The position numbers were made by a program, and so were the translations under genes. A stretch of DNA of 64,000 nucleotides from Nageia nagi (lineage: Eukaryota > Plantae > Pinophyta), in assembly GCA_050084985.1 (NCBI GenBank), contig JBITNC010000001.1, positions 192,200,001-192,264,000 on the forward strand, in the 5' to 3' direction. The notes beneath the pieces are model-generated. The model was not told where the DNA came from. It did not search any database and saw only the letters and a list, made by a program, of their open reading frames with translations. This document shows, piece after piece, positions 48,767-62,493 of the stretch; within the stretch, counting starts at the first letter, position 1; every line of letters begins with the position of its first letter.

Positions 48767-51700
48767 CTGCATGGATGGAGTGATACCTTGATTACTTTTA
48801 GTTTCAGATCAACACGTAACTCTGGCTAAAACTAATAGAACAAATGAGAATAAACTTAAAAGTACTGCAGTCAGCTGTAATTGTGTGCAGTTTTATGAAC
48901 TGTGTTCTTTGTTAGGACAATTGTAATGGTCATGAAATGTATGATGCCTTGCTCTGTTGAAAATATAGTATCCTCTTTAAGTGGCTGTCCTTTATAAGGG
49001 TATGGCATGTGTTAAATTGTAGCAAGTTTCTTAGAGTTATTTGGAATCAAAAGCATATCATAAATGGGAGTCAAGATGAAACTAAGAAAAATACCAATCA
49101 TTCCTATGAATCAAATCATATTCAATGTGGAATTTCTGAATGGAGATGATAAGATAATATCCTATGGCATGCCAGGTAATATGACAATCATCACCTATAA
49201 ACTGGACATGCTAACTGTAATATCCCAAAAATTCCCTATCTATGTAAATAAATAAACCTTGTTTTTCCTTGCATGTTAGGTCCAGTTCTGTAATTTAAAA
49301 GAGAAAATAAATGAGTTTTGGCTGTACAAGGCAGTTTGATGTGAAGAAGACCTGAAATAACATGCTGCCAAGACTTGTAAGCATTCTTGGCAGATTCGTT
49401 GGGCAGATAAAGGACAGATTTGGCACTATGCAGACCCACATTGGGCTGTGTGTTGGTCCTCAGCTGAAACGTTGGAGGTTAAGGCTTGCATATTTAGCAT
49501 TAAAAAGTAAGAAATAGTATCTCTAGCTCGACATTGACATTCCTATCTAGTTTTGAATTTGGAAATAAAAATAAATCACTCCTAGTGGGACGTCAGTAAC
49601 CTGCGCATGTGGGCAGTCACAAATTAAATATGACAGCCCTTAGTGGGATGTTGTTCTTAGACCACTTTACTATTTAGAATTGAAATAAATGTTCCTATAG
49701 CCAACGTTGCATGTGAGAGGGGTCTTTTGTCTTAAATAGATCCTATATTATTAAGTGCTTTTAAGTTGTTTTCTTAAGGACAAATCTCAGCCATTAGATC
49801 TTGGGGAGATCAATGGCCAAGATTTAATTTCATTTTTGGAGCTGAGCATAAAAGAAGAATAGGGTTTCTATTGGAGGGGTTGGTTTTTTGGAAGAAAACA
49901 TTGGAGAGCTTGCATGCTCTTGGGCCTTACTATTCTGCTAAGGATTTTTCAAAGATTCTCATTAGATCTGATCTAATGGAGGCTTGAGGAGAGGATCTGA
50001 GAGCTAATACCCATCAACAGTGTTTTACATGTTTCATATTCCTGTGTGCAACAACAGATCTGAAGGGAAGACTGGTTCATTGGGGTTATTGAGAGCTTAT
50101 TTACTTAGTCTAGGAATCAAGAAGAGGACTGTCGTGCAGGCAAACATCAGACCAGAGGATCATCGGTGCATTGTTTTAGCCATATTCTGGTTACTGTTCC
50201 CTGCCTATCACAGCCAACATTGGGGAATAGGGAATAAATCTGCCAGCTAGAACAGATTATTGGTTTGAGACAGTTCGTTGAGAGGCTGAAGGCACTTATC
50301 TTAAGTCTTTTGATTAAATCTGAGCTCAACGTCCTCTTTTCCACAACATTCAATTTGCATTCAATTTGGTGAGGAAACTTGGTCAGATCTGAGATGTGCT
50401 CTTTGGGTTTGAAGTTGATTTGATAATTGTTCAGTAATTTGTATGTTGGTATCTCAGAATTGCAGATTATGGCCAGTTATTCTTAGTTGATGTAACCTGC
50501 ACTTTCATGTTCATTGAAAACAAAGAAAAGAATACAAAAATTTAGTTTTGTTCCTGTTATATTTGTGGAGTATTTGTGTTTTCTTTGTTTTGTCTATTTC
50601 ACCAATAAGGAAGTGGCTACATATATTTGGAAGGAAAACCACTCGGGACAAAAAACTACAGGTATTGATGACCAAAACACAAGTCAAATTTTGTGTGAGT
50701 GCTGGATGTCAGCCAAATCTGCTTCTTAGATTTAACCAATTTCACCCATGCAACTATTGATCAAGTGCCAAGGTCAGGGTTAAACATATGTTGTAAAATG
50801 TCACTCTATGATTTCACCGTTGGCCCTTACACAAACTGACTCAAGTCATTTGGCAACAACTGGCCATTATCTTGTGTCAATCGATAGAATATTTTAAAGT
50901 AGCCCTTTAAAAATTATATTGTCATACCTTGAGAGCCAATCCATGTTCTGGTCCATCCATGCAATAGAAACTACTGTGACTGCAATGACTAGAAGTTGAA
51001 CCATCCTGATTGCCGAGCTGTCCCTTCTTTTCTATTTGTAATTGTTGTATTTGACAGTGATTATTTTTAACCATTTTAGTTTTGATTGACTTATTCAAGG
51101 TTTCCTAATTGTAGAACTCATACAACTTCTTGCAATATATATTACACAACTTTCTTTTTAATAAAACAAAGCTAGTAGAACTAGCGATAGCACAAAAGAC
51201 TGCTATGAACAGCTGATAAGATCTGTGTTAAATATAGATTTATTTATAAAAAGACCATCTATAAATTACTGGTTAAAAAATATGTCAAGAGATTGTAATA
51301 TTGAAACATAAATAATTAAAATTAACATTTAAAAAAAGCAACTTGAAAGAAGCAATTGATGTCATAGTTTATTAAAATATTTAATAATTCTCTTGACTTC
51401 TGATGACACTAGTGAGAAATTGATTGTAACAATGGTCTGACACATCTGTGCATATTATGATTGGTAAATTGATTTTGTTTACTTTTTTCTTCAACTATAT
51501 GACATTCAAGCCTATTTCTCATATGAAGAGCCTATTGCTTAATCATGTGTGTTTTTGTTAATAATTTTTTGGATTTTTTATTTGTTTGATTATGTTGCAT
51601 GAAATTCCTATCAAATTGCTTCTACTAAACAATTATAGCACATTGGTTTTGTCATTAAGATGCCCCTCACATACAATTGCGATTCGAAGTAGCAGTGATA

Positions 51701-54331
51701 GAGCATACCTATTTACAAACACCTATCAGATCAAATTACAAGAAGCATACAGTATCCCTTCGTCTGCTTTCCTACTTGCTCAAAATATTTCAAATGGCTT
51801 CATTAGAATCATGATCATGTATAATTGGCTTGGTTGGGAGACAATAATGAAATATGTCTAGGAATGTTTGAAATAAATTCCATAACAATTGGCCTCCATA
51901 AAGTATTTATCTGCAACCAAATTTGTTGTGTGCCCACACCCACTTAAAGAATTAGATCAAGCTATGCATTTTACGTATGGAAGGAAGATGCATACTAATG
52001 CACTGTATATATTTATACAAAACCTTGACCTATACTTATCTGTAGTTTCCTTGTAAATGACGAGAAGGGATTATGAACTTGCTAATTTTCATTGGAGTAT
52101 TTCCCCTACACCTGTTAGTGCCTACTGGCAATATATGTCAAGGCCCATTGTCTATAATGAGCATCATCATCATCTATATCTTTTCTTCTAATATATAACA
52201 TATAATAAATTGATTATTATTTTATGTCTCTATCAATTGGTATCAAAGCTTTAACTCTATGAGACAACACTGATGTTGATTGATGGCTTAATATTAATAT
52301 GAATAAAGCCCAAGAGTAAATTTGATCAAAGAAACTGCAGATATTTTGGATGTCCCTTTGTCTTTGACATCTATATCTGAACGTAGCACTGCCAACAAGA
52401 ATCCTGCACTGTGAGAGAAGTCACAATATTGGAAAGTATAATTGCATGCATAAAACTGACTGCACTATGAATCACGCTAGAGTACAGATTGTTTTTGTGT
52501 ACATATGAATGCTTTGTGGCGAATAAGCAAAACTTGGAACCATAAATTCTGGCTGTGGCCATCGAAGAAACTTTGTCATTCTTTTCAGGCAATGCTTTGA
52601 TCCACATGGACTCTGGAGAAAATTTTTGTATCTGCATAATTTGAATCCAGGAAAAGTCATCTACAAGCATCAAGGTTGTGAATATATTAGGTGTGCAGGA
52701 AGCAGAAGGGAATCATCCATGCAGCTAGCACAAGCTGTTTTGGGATGGCAGGTGAAGCTGCAGTCTGGGAAAAGGGCCATAAGAATTTCCAGTATGTCAA
52801 CTTTATAATGACATTTATATTATAGTGTTTCGTTGAAACCTTTATTTATAGATATTTATTAAAGCTTTGGAATTAAATTTGAAAAGTTAAATACATTAGA
52901 AAGCTTATTATTGAAAAAAAAAAAAGGAAAAACCTTAAAACTAAAAAACAATTTGTTCTTTTCCAAAAAGCAAGTTGGTTGGAAAATAGGCTTGTAAAGA
53001 GTTTTATCTAAGTTCTTCTGAATTAAAATAGTCAATACCGACCAGTATCAAAATCAAGCCACAATAAGCTCAGGTTCCAAGTATCGTGCGCCAATGGGAG
53101 ACATGCCAACAAACAAGCAAGTGCAAGCAAAAACCAAATGTATGCCATTGGTTGTGGATGCTATTGTTGCAAACTTTTTCTTGTTAAATGTAGACGACCA
53201 ACACATGCATGAGAGGTCTGAGTTGTACTAACAGTAGGACAAAATTAAGACGGAAATAGTAATGAATTGATTGGCATGGCTGTGGAACTTGCAGTCATGA
53301 TCACTGTCGACCTTTACAAAATATTTTGAAAAGGAAATGTAATAAGGATGATGTGGAGCGAGTGCAGAAATTCCAATCCCAGTGCCAGCCATGCTCTAGG
53401 AGATCCAAACGTAAAAGTTAAAACAGTCCTCACAAAAGTAGCAAACTCCATCATCACCAAGATCTACAACTTTAAATTCATTATGCACTCGCAGCAAATT
53501 TTGTGCATAAATATCCTACCTAAGGAACATGCTCCATCTGCATCTGCAATGTTTTGAAAAGCAAGCTAAAGCTGTTCTATTCAATGTTACACATGAATCA
53601 TCAATGCTCACTATTAAGAGACTAAATCATGTCCTATAGGGATGCATCACCAACATTTATTAGAATGCATATGCTTGGTAACTTTTATAAGACAATCTCA
53701 TTTGTCATTCAAACCAGTGTTGTCAAACTCATCGGGACTCAATACGAATTGCAAGTCCGAGTCCCGAGTGGGCTCTAGCAAGTCCAGACAACTCATAATC
53801 GCCAGACTCAATAACTAAAAAACACAGAATAAGTAACTGAAAAAGCTCCCCCATTTGTCATTTTTCAACTCATTGCTGCAAGGAAAAGAAAGAAAGAAAG
53901 TATATTAATGTCTTCAGCTAACCAAAAGCGATCAATGGAACTAGCATGCACAATCATGCCTTGTGAGACTGACAAAGCCCTTAGTGAGCACCATCTAAAT
54001 AAAGCCTGAAATAAACTAACATTTACGAAGCATCCCAACCCTAACAAGAAGGGGGTACAAAATCTGAGGCAACCAAAGGAAGGTGGTCCTAACCCTCTCC
54101 GAGGGGAGAGTATGGCAATACTATCCGATCAGGAGAGGAGTCATGTTGATCACTATGAAATGTGTCTATGGTACTGTTGTTGGAGGAGAAGAAATATGTG
54201 ATCCGTTCAATTCTCAGCAGATCCTGGGTGCTCTAAATCCGTCTCCTGGTCCGACACAATGGAAGTGGATGCTCATCTAGACGTCTCTTATGCCCTTTCT
54301 TTGAGAAGGAAGCTCAAAAGAAGGATATGAT

Positions 54332-55572
54332 TGTAATATGATAAACTATTATTCATTTCAAATTTATTAAGCAATTAGCAAATTAGCAAGAAATGAAATA
54401 GATCTAGCATTCAAACCATAAAAATATCCAACGCACAAACCAAATTGAGAGAATAACGTCAATATCTCAATATAATGCAATAATGGAGCAAAAATACAAC
54501 CAATATAGCCCAATAAGGCTGATGTCTGGCTCAAAGGACTAGATCTAGGGCACAATCACTTTCCAAATGACATCGGATGCTGACATCTCACTGTTAGGGT
54601 CTTCACCCCTGAAACTAAGCTGCAAAGTTGGTCTAACTAACGATTTTTTTCCTTAGCCAAGATCTAGTGAGGGCTACATCCCACTAGCTCCTTCTCCAAG
54701 CATTTAACTAGAGGTCTAAGCGATGGCGTTGCCACTCCGAAGATAGAAGATGTCAAAAGAAGCTCAATGATGCCCTCCAATGTTGTGCCAACCATATAAA
54801 TAGAAATTCCCAAGGTTGGGCACTCACACACCCTCGAAGGTGACATCATGCTTGGGCATCCAGATTGAGCCTCGAAGTCACACCAAACCATGTGCCTAGC
54901 CTCTAATCATGTGTTGTGCCTTGGGATCCACAATATTACACTTAAATGCTCTAATCTACTCTTAGGAGGGACAGGCCCCACTTGGGGCTCACAATTGGGC
55001 CATGGGACCCATATGTCTCTTGTCCTAAGTTACAATGATGCCTAATTACACATGCAATAAATAAATAAACACTCCTAAATACAAAATCACTCCTAATGGG
55101 GCAAGTCCCATGAAAGGGGATGTTATAGTCCTCCCCTCTTGAAATTGCTTGTCCTCAAGCAATGCAAAGTAAAGTGTAAGTATCTCAGGTCCTTCCCATG
55201 TAGCATCTTCTTCAGGCAGATCTTTCCATTTTACTAAGTGCTCCTTGACTATCCTAGATGTCAATTTTTTTTCTTTGATCTCTATGATGCCTTCTAGAAC
55301 CAAAATTAGTTTTCCCTCCTCATCAAGTGGTGGAAGCTCTGATGAAGGGTTGATGTGTCGTCCAAGCGCCTTTTTAAGGCATGACATGTGGAAGACGTTG
55401 TGCAACTTACTACTGTGCGGCAACTCCAACTCATGTGCTTATTTTCCCTTCTTGCGTAGCACCTTATACAAACCAAAAAATCTTGGTTGCAGCTTTTTTG
55501 CCCCCTTCCTCTTGAGCGTAGACTGCTTATAAGGCTACAACTTCAAATACACCATGTCCCCTTCTTTGAATG
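54332..55572 (-). mobile_element. Chromovirus 3' end: integrase C-terminus, chromodomain, PPT and LTR (about 54332-55127)
   Basis: QPRFFGLYKVL..ELPHSSKLHNVFHMSCLKK..EHLVKWKDLPEEDATWE..LLEDKQF; PPT AAGAGGGGAGGA. Confidence 0.88.
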
Positions 55573-58271
55573 TGTAATGTCCCCAATTCGGTACATCTAG
55601 ATGCCATCCCTCATGCCTATTCATTTTGATTTTTAGTACTTAGATTAAGAGTACCTTATTTAACAAATTATGTATTTATCATATTCATATTTGTGCCTTA
55701 AAGCCAAGCACTCGAAAAGGGCTAATTATATATTTGTTTGAACCATTAAAAAGCGCCATTAAAAGGCGTCCAAGTCGGCCATGCTAGGGAGGATTGGGGC
55801 TAATTTATATTTTATTATTTCTCCCCTCCTAGTTGGTTGCGTTTTGGGGGCATATTTGCAAGTTTGGAATGCTATAAAGGCAAGTCATTTGCTCACTTGA
55901 AGACATCATCTTGTGCATTCGATCTTGGATAATTCGGAGTTTGGGGATGCTCCCCTCTCTACCTCCTAAGGACTAGGGCTGCTTCCTAGCCTAGAAGTGG
56001 CTCTTCTACACTCTTGCTCACTTGGAAAGTTTGCGCCAACCTTGCAAAGCTATCTAGAGACTTGTGCCATCCATCTTTGCCACTTGGAAGCTTGCACCAA
56101 CACTTGGGAGTCATCTTGAGCCTTGCGCTAGCTTTGGGAGCCTCCTTGGGATTTGCACCAACCTTGGGGAGCCTTTACTGAGCATCTTGGAGTCGGGCTT
56201 TGCCCTAGATCTTGTTACAGCTCTATACTTCTTCTTGGTTGGTTATTCATGATTTTGGCTCTCATATTGTGTCTCGGATGTAAATGAATGTTCTTATATA
56301 TCTCTGATATACTATCATCTTCATTTTGCATGGGAATGTATGCGGATTAGAGTATTTTGGAGCTATATTTCTGTTATGTTACAGATCTGAAGTCGTGCCC
56401 TAGTTTGGTTATATTCACATGTTATATGAGCTTTATATCAGATTTGGCTACTATTGTTATATTTCAGTTTTGAATGCATGATTGGATGGTTAATGAGCAT
56501 TTACTTTGATGCCCTAATTTGTGAATGAATGCGGAATTAAGTAAGAGATTGTGTAAACCCTAGAAAAGTACATTACAATGGTATCAGAGATCTAAATCTT
56601 GCCAACCTGTGAAGGATTAGAGAAATGGCTATTCCAGGAACAGTTGAAGTCCATGGTCAATTTGCTAGCTCAATTAGTCAACAAGGTTGATAGGCTCTTC
56701 TAATCCCATCAAGGAATGACAAGATCAGCCACGCATGGACAAGAGGATGTCGCCCAAGAGGATGTCGCCCACCTATAACCCACACTCTTGCAAGAGGAAG
56801 AAAGCAACAAAAGACAAGGCGATGAGATGGATGGCCATTTTACGCTAAAGAAAGAGTAGCACAACATCAACATGGTGAACCCATTTCTGAGAAGACTTCA
56901 AAAAGGTTTCAAAGGGATGCATCACCTATGGATTTGTCTTGGTACTCTTAAAAGTTGTGGACAAGCCAAATTACCATTCATAAAAGGCACTACAAATCTT
57001 CTAATTTTTGCAGCAATGCACTCGACATAAAGGAAATCCAAGAGCATACATTTGAGGCAAGATTTAGCCACATTGCCACTCACAAAAGGTACTACAACAT
57101 TTCTGATTTCTATAGCAATATATTGAGTTTAATTAAGTCATCTTGGAATGCATTGGGAATGGGACATGTACCAATGAAACACCAAGTTAAAGGACCACTT
57201 CATACAATGGCACCAAAGAGCCTTCCTCATAACCATGGTGGGGATGATAGCATGACTAGAGAAACAAATCAGGCTTTCTTACTAAATTCAGATTTTGGAC
57301 AGCAGCATGTGATAACTTCTAAAAGGTATGGTCGTACCACTGATTTTTATAACAGCAGTACACTAAATTTTATTTCCTTCCTTTGGGTCACAATAATGAG
57401 AGCCAATAGATTGATCAAGTTGAGAGTTAGTATGTCCACATTGCTGGGAACAATTAGGGTCAGTTGTAGGGATACCCTCCATGTCCCACTTGGCAAGATT
57501 GATGGCATGGTTGGAAAGAAAAATCTGATCCTGTTATCACACTCAGTTAATGGACAGCAGAAAGAAACAATGAAGTGTGTGGATGGGCCCTTGTTTAACC
57601 CAAACATTGGGTTTAATGATGGCTCAAATTTACACTCAAGTGTGCTTCAATATTTCAGCTCCATGCATGAAGATATGACAGCCGATTGAAGAAGAGATTG
57701 GATCGCTACACATCCATTATTCTATCCTCAAAAACCTCTGTTTAAGACTATGTTTCATGAGTGCCTCAAAAGGGAAAAGCATTATAATAGTCAAAGTGCT
57801 ATTGTTGTTGTCAATGATCACCATGTGTACAACCAAGAGAACTCCTCGATTATAAATCAAGCTTCAATAGATCATGGACTATTTCGAACCATGCATTTCC
57901 ATACATTCACATGGAAGACCAACTATAACAACCATGACCCTAAAGATTTGTCCAAGATAAAAGTAGGTTTTGGAAAATCAAACCTAAGAAAGCACAAAGT
58001 AGGAAAATTTGGTGGTCTGCCTCACATTACTTCAGACTTTGGTAGCGATGATGTTTTAATTGAAAAGGTGGATACTGATAAGGGAAGGGTTGATCAGGTT
58101 TTAATGACAATTAATGATGGGAAACAACGTGGAGGTATAAATTTTGGAGAGATGGAACGAGATTGTATGCTAGCCCATGAGGCAACAGCCAATCTTTTGG
58201 AAAGGTTAATTTATTTGAGTGATTTTTCTAGTATGCATGTATGTCATCAGTGTCGCATGGTTGCACCTATT
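55573..58271 (+). mobile_element. Family B LTR element (5' LTR 55573-56577, PBS 56579-56589) carrying NRPD2/E2 cargo; 3' end lost
   Basis: TGTAATGTCCCC...CATTACA followed by A-TGGTATCAGAG; LTR similar to 44057-45198. Confidence 0.85.
57711..58271 (+). pseudogene. NRPD2: Captured, internally deleted fragment of the RNA polymerase IV/V second-largest subunit
   Basis: [52 protein letters not shown] and [41 protein letters not shown] match plant NRPD2/E2 ([66 protein letters not shown]). Confidence 0.87.
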
Positions 58272-58640
58272 TGTAAGGTACCATTCTAAACATGCACAAT
58301 TAACTTAATGCAATTACACATGCATTCACAAATTAGGGCACAATACTAAACGCTCATTCACCATCCAATAATCCTCTCAAGACTGAAATGTTATAACTGT
58401 AACCAGATCTGATATATAGCAGTGAAGAAGCTCAAAGTACAAACAAACTAGAGCACAATTACAGATATGTAAAGTAACAGTAACATGCCTCCAAAATACT
58501 CTAATTTGCATGCATTCCCATGCACAACAAATGATAACAGTACAACAGTAATAAAGGAACATTCATTGACATTCAAAGAGTGATATGAGAGCCAAATATA
58601 AATAATAATGATCAAGAATAAGCATAGGGCTGTAACAAGC
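58272..58640 (-). mobile_element. 3' portion of a family B LTR
   Basis: Similar to the LTR segment beginning at 42397 (lacks the 18S insert) and inverted relative to 56210-56577. Confidence 0.8.
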
Positions 58641-60920
58641 CTTTAAGGGTTTAGATGACGTTGGCTGTTTGCAGGCTGATTTTTCAGATTTACAAGGTTT
58701 AGATGACTCTCCTTGCTTGTATTTATTTGGAGTCCACTTGGGTTTTGATGGTGCATGTGTCCAAGAGTATTTTCCAACAAAAGGACTCTTTTAATGGCTT
58801 CTTGGAGTGATGTAGGAGCAAAAGATCTAACAAAACCCTTCAAAGGTTCCCTTCAAGGGTTCCATCAATCCATCCATAAAAAGATAAGTCAACCTCTTGG
58901 GTGAGACATCCTGCACTATAACTGAAATTCTCTCAAACTCCTCAATGTAGGAAGAAAGTGTACCTGTTTGTTTCAAGGCTGTCCTGAAATAATCTTCCTT
59001 ATCCTTCTTTTCAAACCAATCCAAGAGCCTCTCACTAAATTCATCAAATGTGGTAATGCTATAGCACCCTTGGGTTATCAACCCATGCTGCCACCAATCA
59101 TAAGCCACTCCTTCCAAATTCAAAAGAGCCAATTGAATTGCATCCCTTTCAGCTATAGGGTCAAGTGCAAAATATGTTTGAAGTTTTTGCAACCATGTCC
59201 TGGCTGACATGCCATCACTTCCATTAAAGGTAGGGACTTGCATTTTCTGTTGCCATTTCTTTTCTTTATTGGGTTTTAGAAACATAGGTTTCTTGCTTTT
59301 CATTTGAAAATATTGTTGAAAGTTTACTGCATTTCTAAATAATGTTGGTTTTGCATTGTAGTGAGCAAATAGGGCATCCATCTCCTCATCATCACTCTCC
59401 TCTCCATGTGAGGATTCCTAATCATGTGCCAAAAACATGGGACGATTTAGCTTCTTCAAAATGGTGCGTGTATTTACACTAGATTGGGTTGTAGTTTGTT
59501 GTCGGGGAGGTCAATTTTGGCACTGATTTGTTCCAGTATTCAAACATGCCACAATTTGTTGTAAAGCCTGTAACATCAAGTCCAAAATCTGTTCAGCCGA
59601 ATCTTGTCCGTTTTGCCCCTTATTATCCCTTTCTGCCATTTCTGTCAAACCCTCTTCTTCAATTATTTCTTCCTCCGCAGTTATTTCCCAAACTGGATCT
59701 TCTTCCTGCTGATTTTTAGCTTTAGCCTTGGTCTGGTATTTATGACTCATAAAACCCTAGATTTGCTAAAATCCAAAATGCCCACAATCTGAAAACCTGA
59801 AAAACCTTAATTTTCTGCAATACTCAGAACTTAATATAGCTAAATCTGAAATACCCAGATGCTCAAATGTCACAATCTGCAATAACCAAAACTTTAAATA
59901 GCTGAATCTGGAATACCCAAATTCTCAAATGTCAAAATCTGCAATACCCAGAAACTTTTTCCACAACCCTTCCATAGGCTGACAAGATCCAAGCTTTGAT
60001 ATCATTGTAAAGACCTTTTTCTAGAGTTTTAGAAATTTCCAATAAAATTACCAATTTTTTTGCAGATAATAAAATAACATAATAATGCAGATCAAGTGAT
60101 GTTACTCAACAATGATTTTCCGCAAAGCCAAAATATTAATTTTTATTAAAACTGGAAACATGCAATGATTACAATATAAATCCAAATCAAATATATAATG
60201 ATATTCCTCAAAACTGATTACAACAACAATGAAAAACACCCAAGATAGGACATTGGGGTTTTGTGCACCTCATGAACTGAGTTTGATGCTTGAAATCTGC
60301 AAAAAGGTTGTAGAGGTTGGGACATTAGCCTTCTATACTCCTTGTATACTGAGAATACCTCCACAACATGTAATCAAAATGCTCAATGACCTCTAAACTC
60401 AAATTTAATGACAAAATCTGAATGTAAATGCTTTGTAGCTGATAATCTGCTATTTTGACCTGAAATTATAGTCCATGGAGCTCACTTGCAAACCCTGAGT
60501 GGATTTGCCTTCTAGAAACGGAGGGTTTTTGTCCCCAATCTCTGATACCTGGAGGATTTTCATCCTCAAGCTTGTGATTTTTACAGGTTTTCATCCACGA
60601 GATCTTTACGTCGGAGGGTTTTTGTCCTCATAAGCTAGGGTTATGACTTCGCAGCTAAATACCAATATAGGAGAGTAAAAATGACAATCAAGGATGAGTA
60701 GAATGGAAACTCAATGCACTTTTATATCTCCAAAACCCTAATCCTTCGTTGAGCTTATCATTTTATTTACTTTATTAAAATATCAAGAACTCCTAATAAT
60801 CCCCTTAATGTGGCATCCTTATTCGTCCCCCTTTTTATTTTATTTTTTAATTGTTTTGTCTTCCTAAATCTCCTAACATATAATTGAGCCACATTTTTAC
60901 TTTATTTCATTATTATATGT
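58641..60920 (-). mobile_element. gag: Truncated gypsy element: LTR from 60006, degenerate PBS 59993-60004, gag about 59750-58643
   Basis: MQVPTFNGSDGMSARTWLQKLQTYF..LEGVAYDWWQ..FMDGLMEPLKG; 62-bp tandem repeat in the leader at about 59815-59955; right LTR boundary uncertain. Confidence 0.8.
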
Positions 60921-62429
60921 ACATAGTGTTGGGAAGAAAATCTTTCCTCTTACTCAATGATCGTCGCAAGACGATCAAGACAAGAAAGCAACCTAGCAGT
61001 AGTTGAGAACGCATTACTGAACTCCTCTTGTAAGGACTGATACCCCAAGGTTTCTATCGAAAGCTCTTGTCGTTAATACGAGCTTAAATTGTATAGGTTC
61101 TTGTTTGGAAATCAGCTAAGTGGTGTAGTAGAGGTAGTAACTGTTAACACATTTTTTTAGAGATTGAGGTGTCTACCTTGCAATAGTTCGAAAGTTGCTA
61201 TGGATTTTAAAGAAAAGAAAAGGGTGAGAATGAGGCAGTTACTTGGCCAGATTTCGAAATGATTATCACAATATTAGCATTGTCAAAACTTTCTTTCTTT
61301 TGGATCAGTTAAGACGTCTTGTTCAAGTCATCAAAAATTGAAAACAAATGACTATTTTCCAATCGTTTCAAAAAGAAGCGAAAAGCGGAGCTGATTATCG
61401 ATACTCTGCGAACGGGACCGAGCAATCGAAAGAACTTAGAGTGGGTCATAAGGACAAACAGGTTTTGAACAAGAAGTCTAGTTTGATATCATAAAAGAAA
61501 GGCAATTCTGAATACAAAGTATTTGTACATGAAAGCAATGGATTAGCAACAATTTGGGACAATTCAAACACTTTAGAAAAGTTTGCAAGAAATTCTCCTA
61601 AAACTCAGCTTTCAAGGATATGGCACGAAAATATTTGAATTACGACAAATTGCTCTCAAAAGGTCATTTCACAACTCCAATTGATGATAACACACTTAGA
61701 ATCAATTTTTAGCCATTTGTATTACTTTGCAAAAGAGTTATGCACATGTACATCAATTTGCTTCTCAATTAAAAAAAATTTCAGTATTCATGAAAATTGG
61801 CCTTTTCTTGGACTTGAACATTCTCCGTACAAATGAGACCCCTATGTCTTATTTATAGACTTTTGGAGCTCACTTTTGGTGTTGCCCTAATTCTAATCTA
61901 GGCTAATTGAATGCAAGTTAAATCGAAATTACATTTGAAGTGGTAGGAGAAAACATTCATCGTTTTAACCACTTTAGTTCTATATACATAAAAATTGATC
62001 CTTTTACAAAGGATCTTAAGCCTGTTCTGGATCTCCTCTGCCATATTTGAGTACCATTTTTGCTTAAATATGGATTCCACCATTGATTTGAGCAATCTTG
62101 GAAAGCTTTCGAGGATTTTCTGAAAATTTGGATTTTGGTCTAAAATGTGAGAAATGATGGGGGGGGGGGGCAAATTTATAAAAAAATAAAAAGTGCCCGA
62201 AAGGATCTTATAATAAGTTGCAGGAAACTTGTAAAACAGTCACGTTTCCATTTCAGAAAACTCCCGAAACTCAGAAACTTGTAAAGCCTCATCTTTACAG
62301 ACTTATTTTGGATTTTGCATCATGTAATAATCTATGGGAGTTAATATAGACATTTTATTCCTTCTAAAATGTTATTTATGTGTATCATTCTTTTTTATTT
62401 GCAAGTTAATGTGGTATTTAAAAAAAAAC

Positions 62430-62431
<2 letters not shown>

Positions 62432-62491
<60 letters not shown>
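62432..62491. repeat. (AT)30 microsatellite
   Basis: Perfect dinucleotide run. Confidence 0.98.

Positions 62492-62493
<2 letters not shown>

Noticed and set aside
49700-50605. Possible solo LTR
   Set aside because: Composition is LTR-like but I found no clean TG..CA ends or TSD
52300-52680. Exon-like minus-strand segments
   Set aside because: No recognisable motif and cannot be phased to the host gene
53715-53990. hAT-like end (CAGTGTTGTCAAACTC) and a short repeat shared with 20860-20920
   Set aside because: No matching opposite TIR or TSD found; too fragmentary to call
57711-58289. Functional RNA polymerase subunit gene, or Pol II RPB2
   Set aside because: Short and internally deleted with an altered metal-B motif; residues such as [11 protein letters not shown].H and ANL.ERL fit NRPD2/E2 better than RPB2
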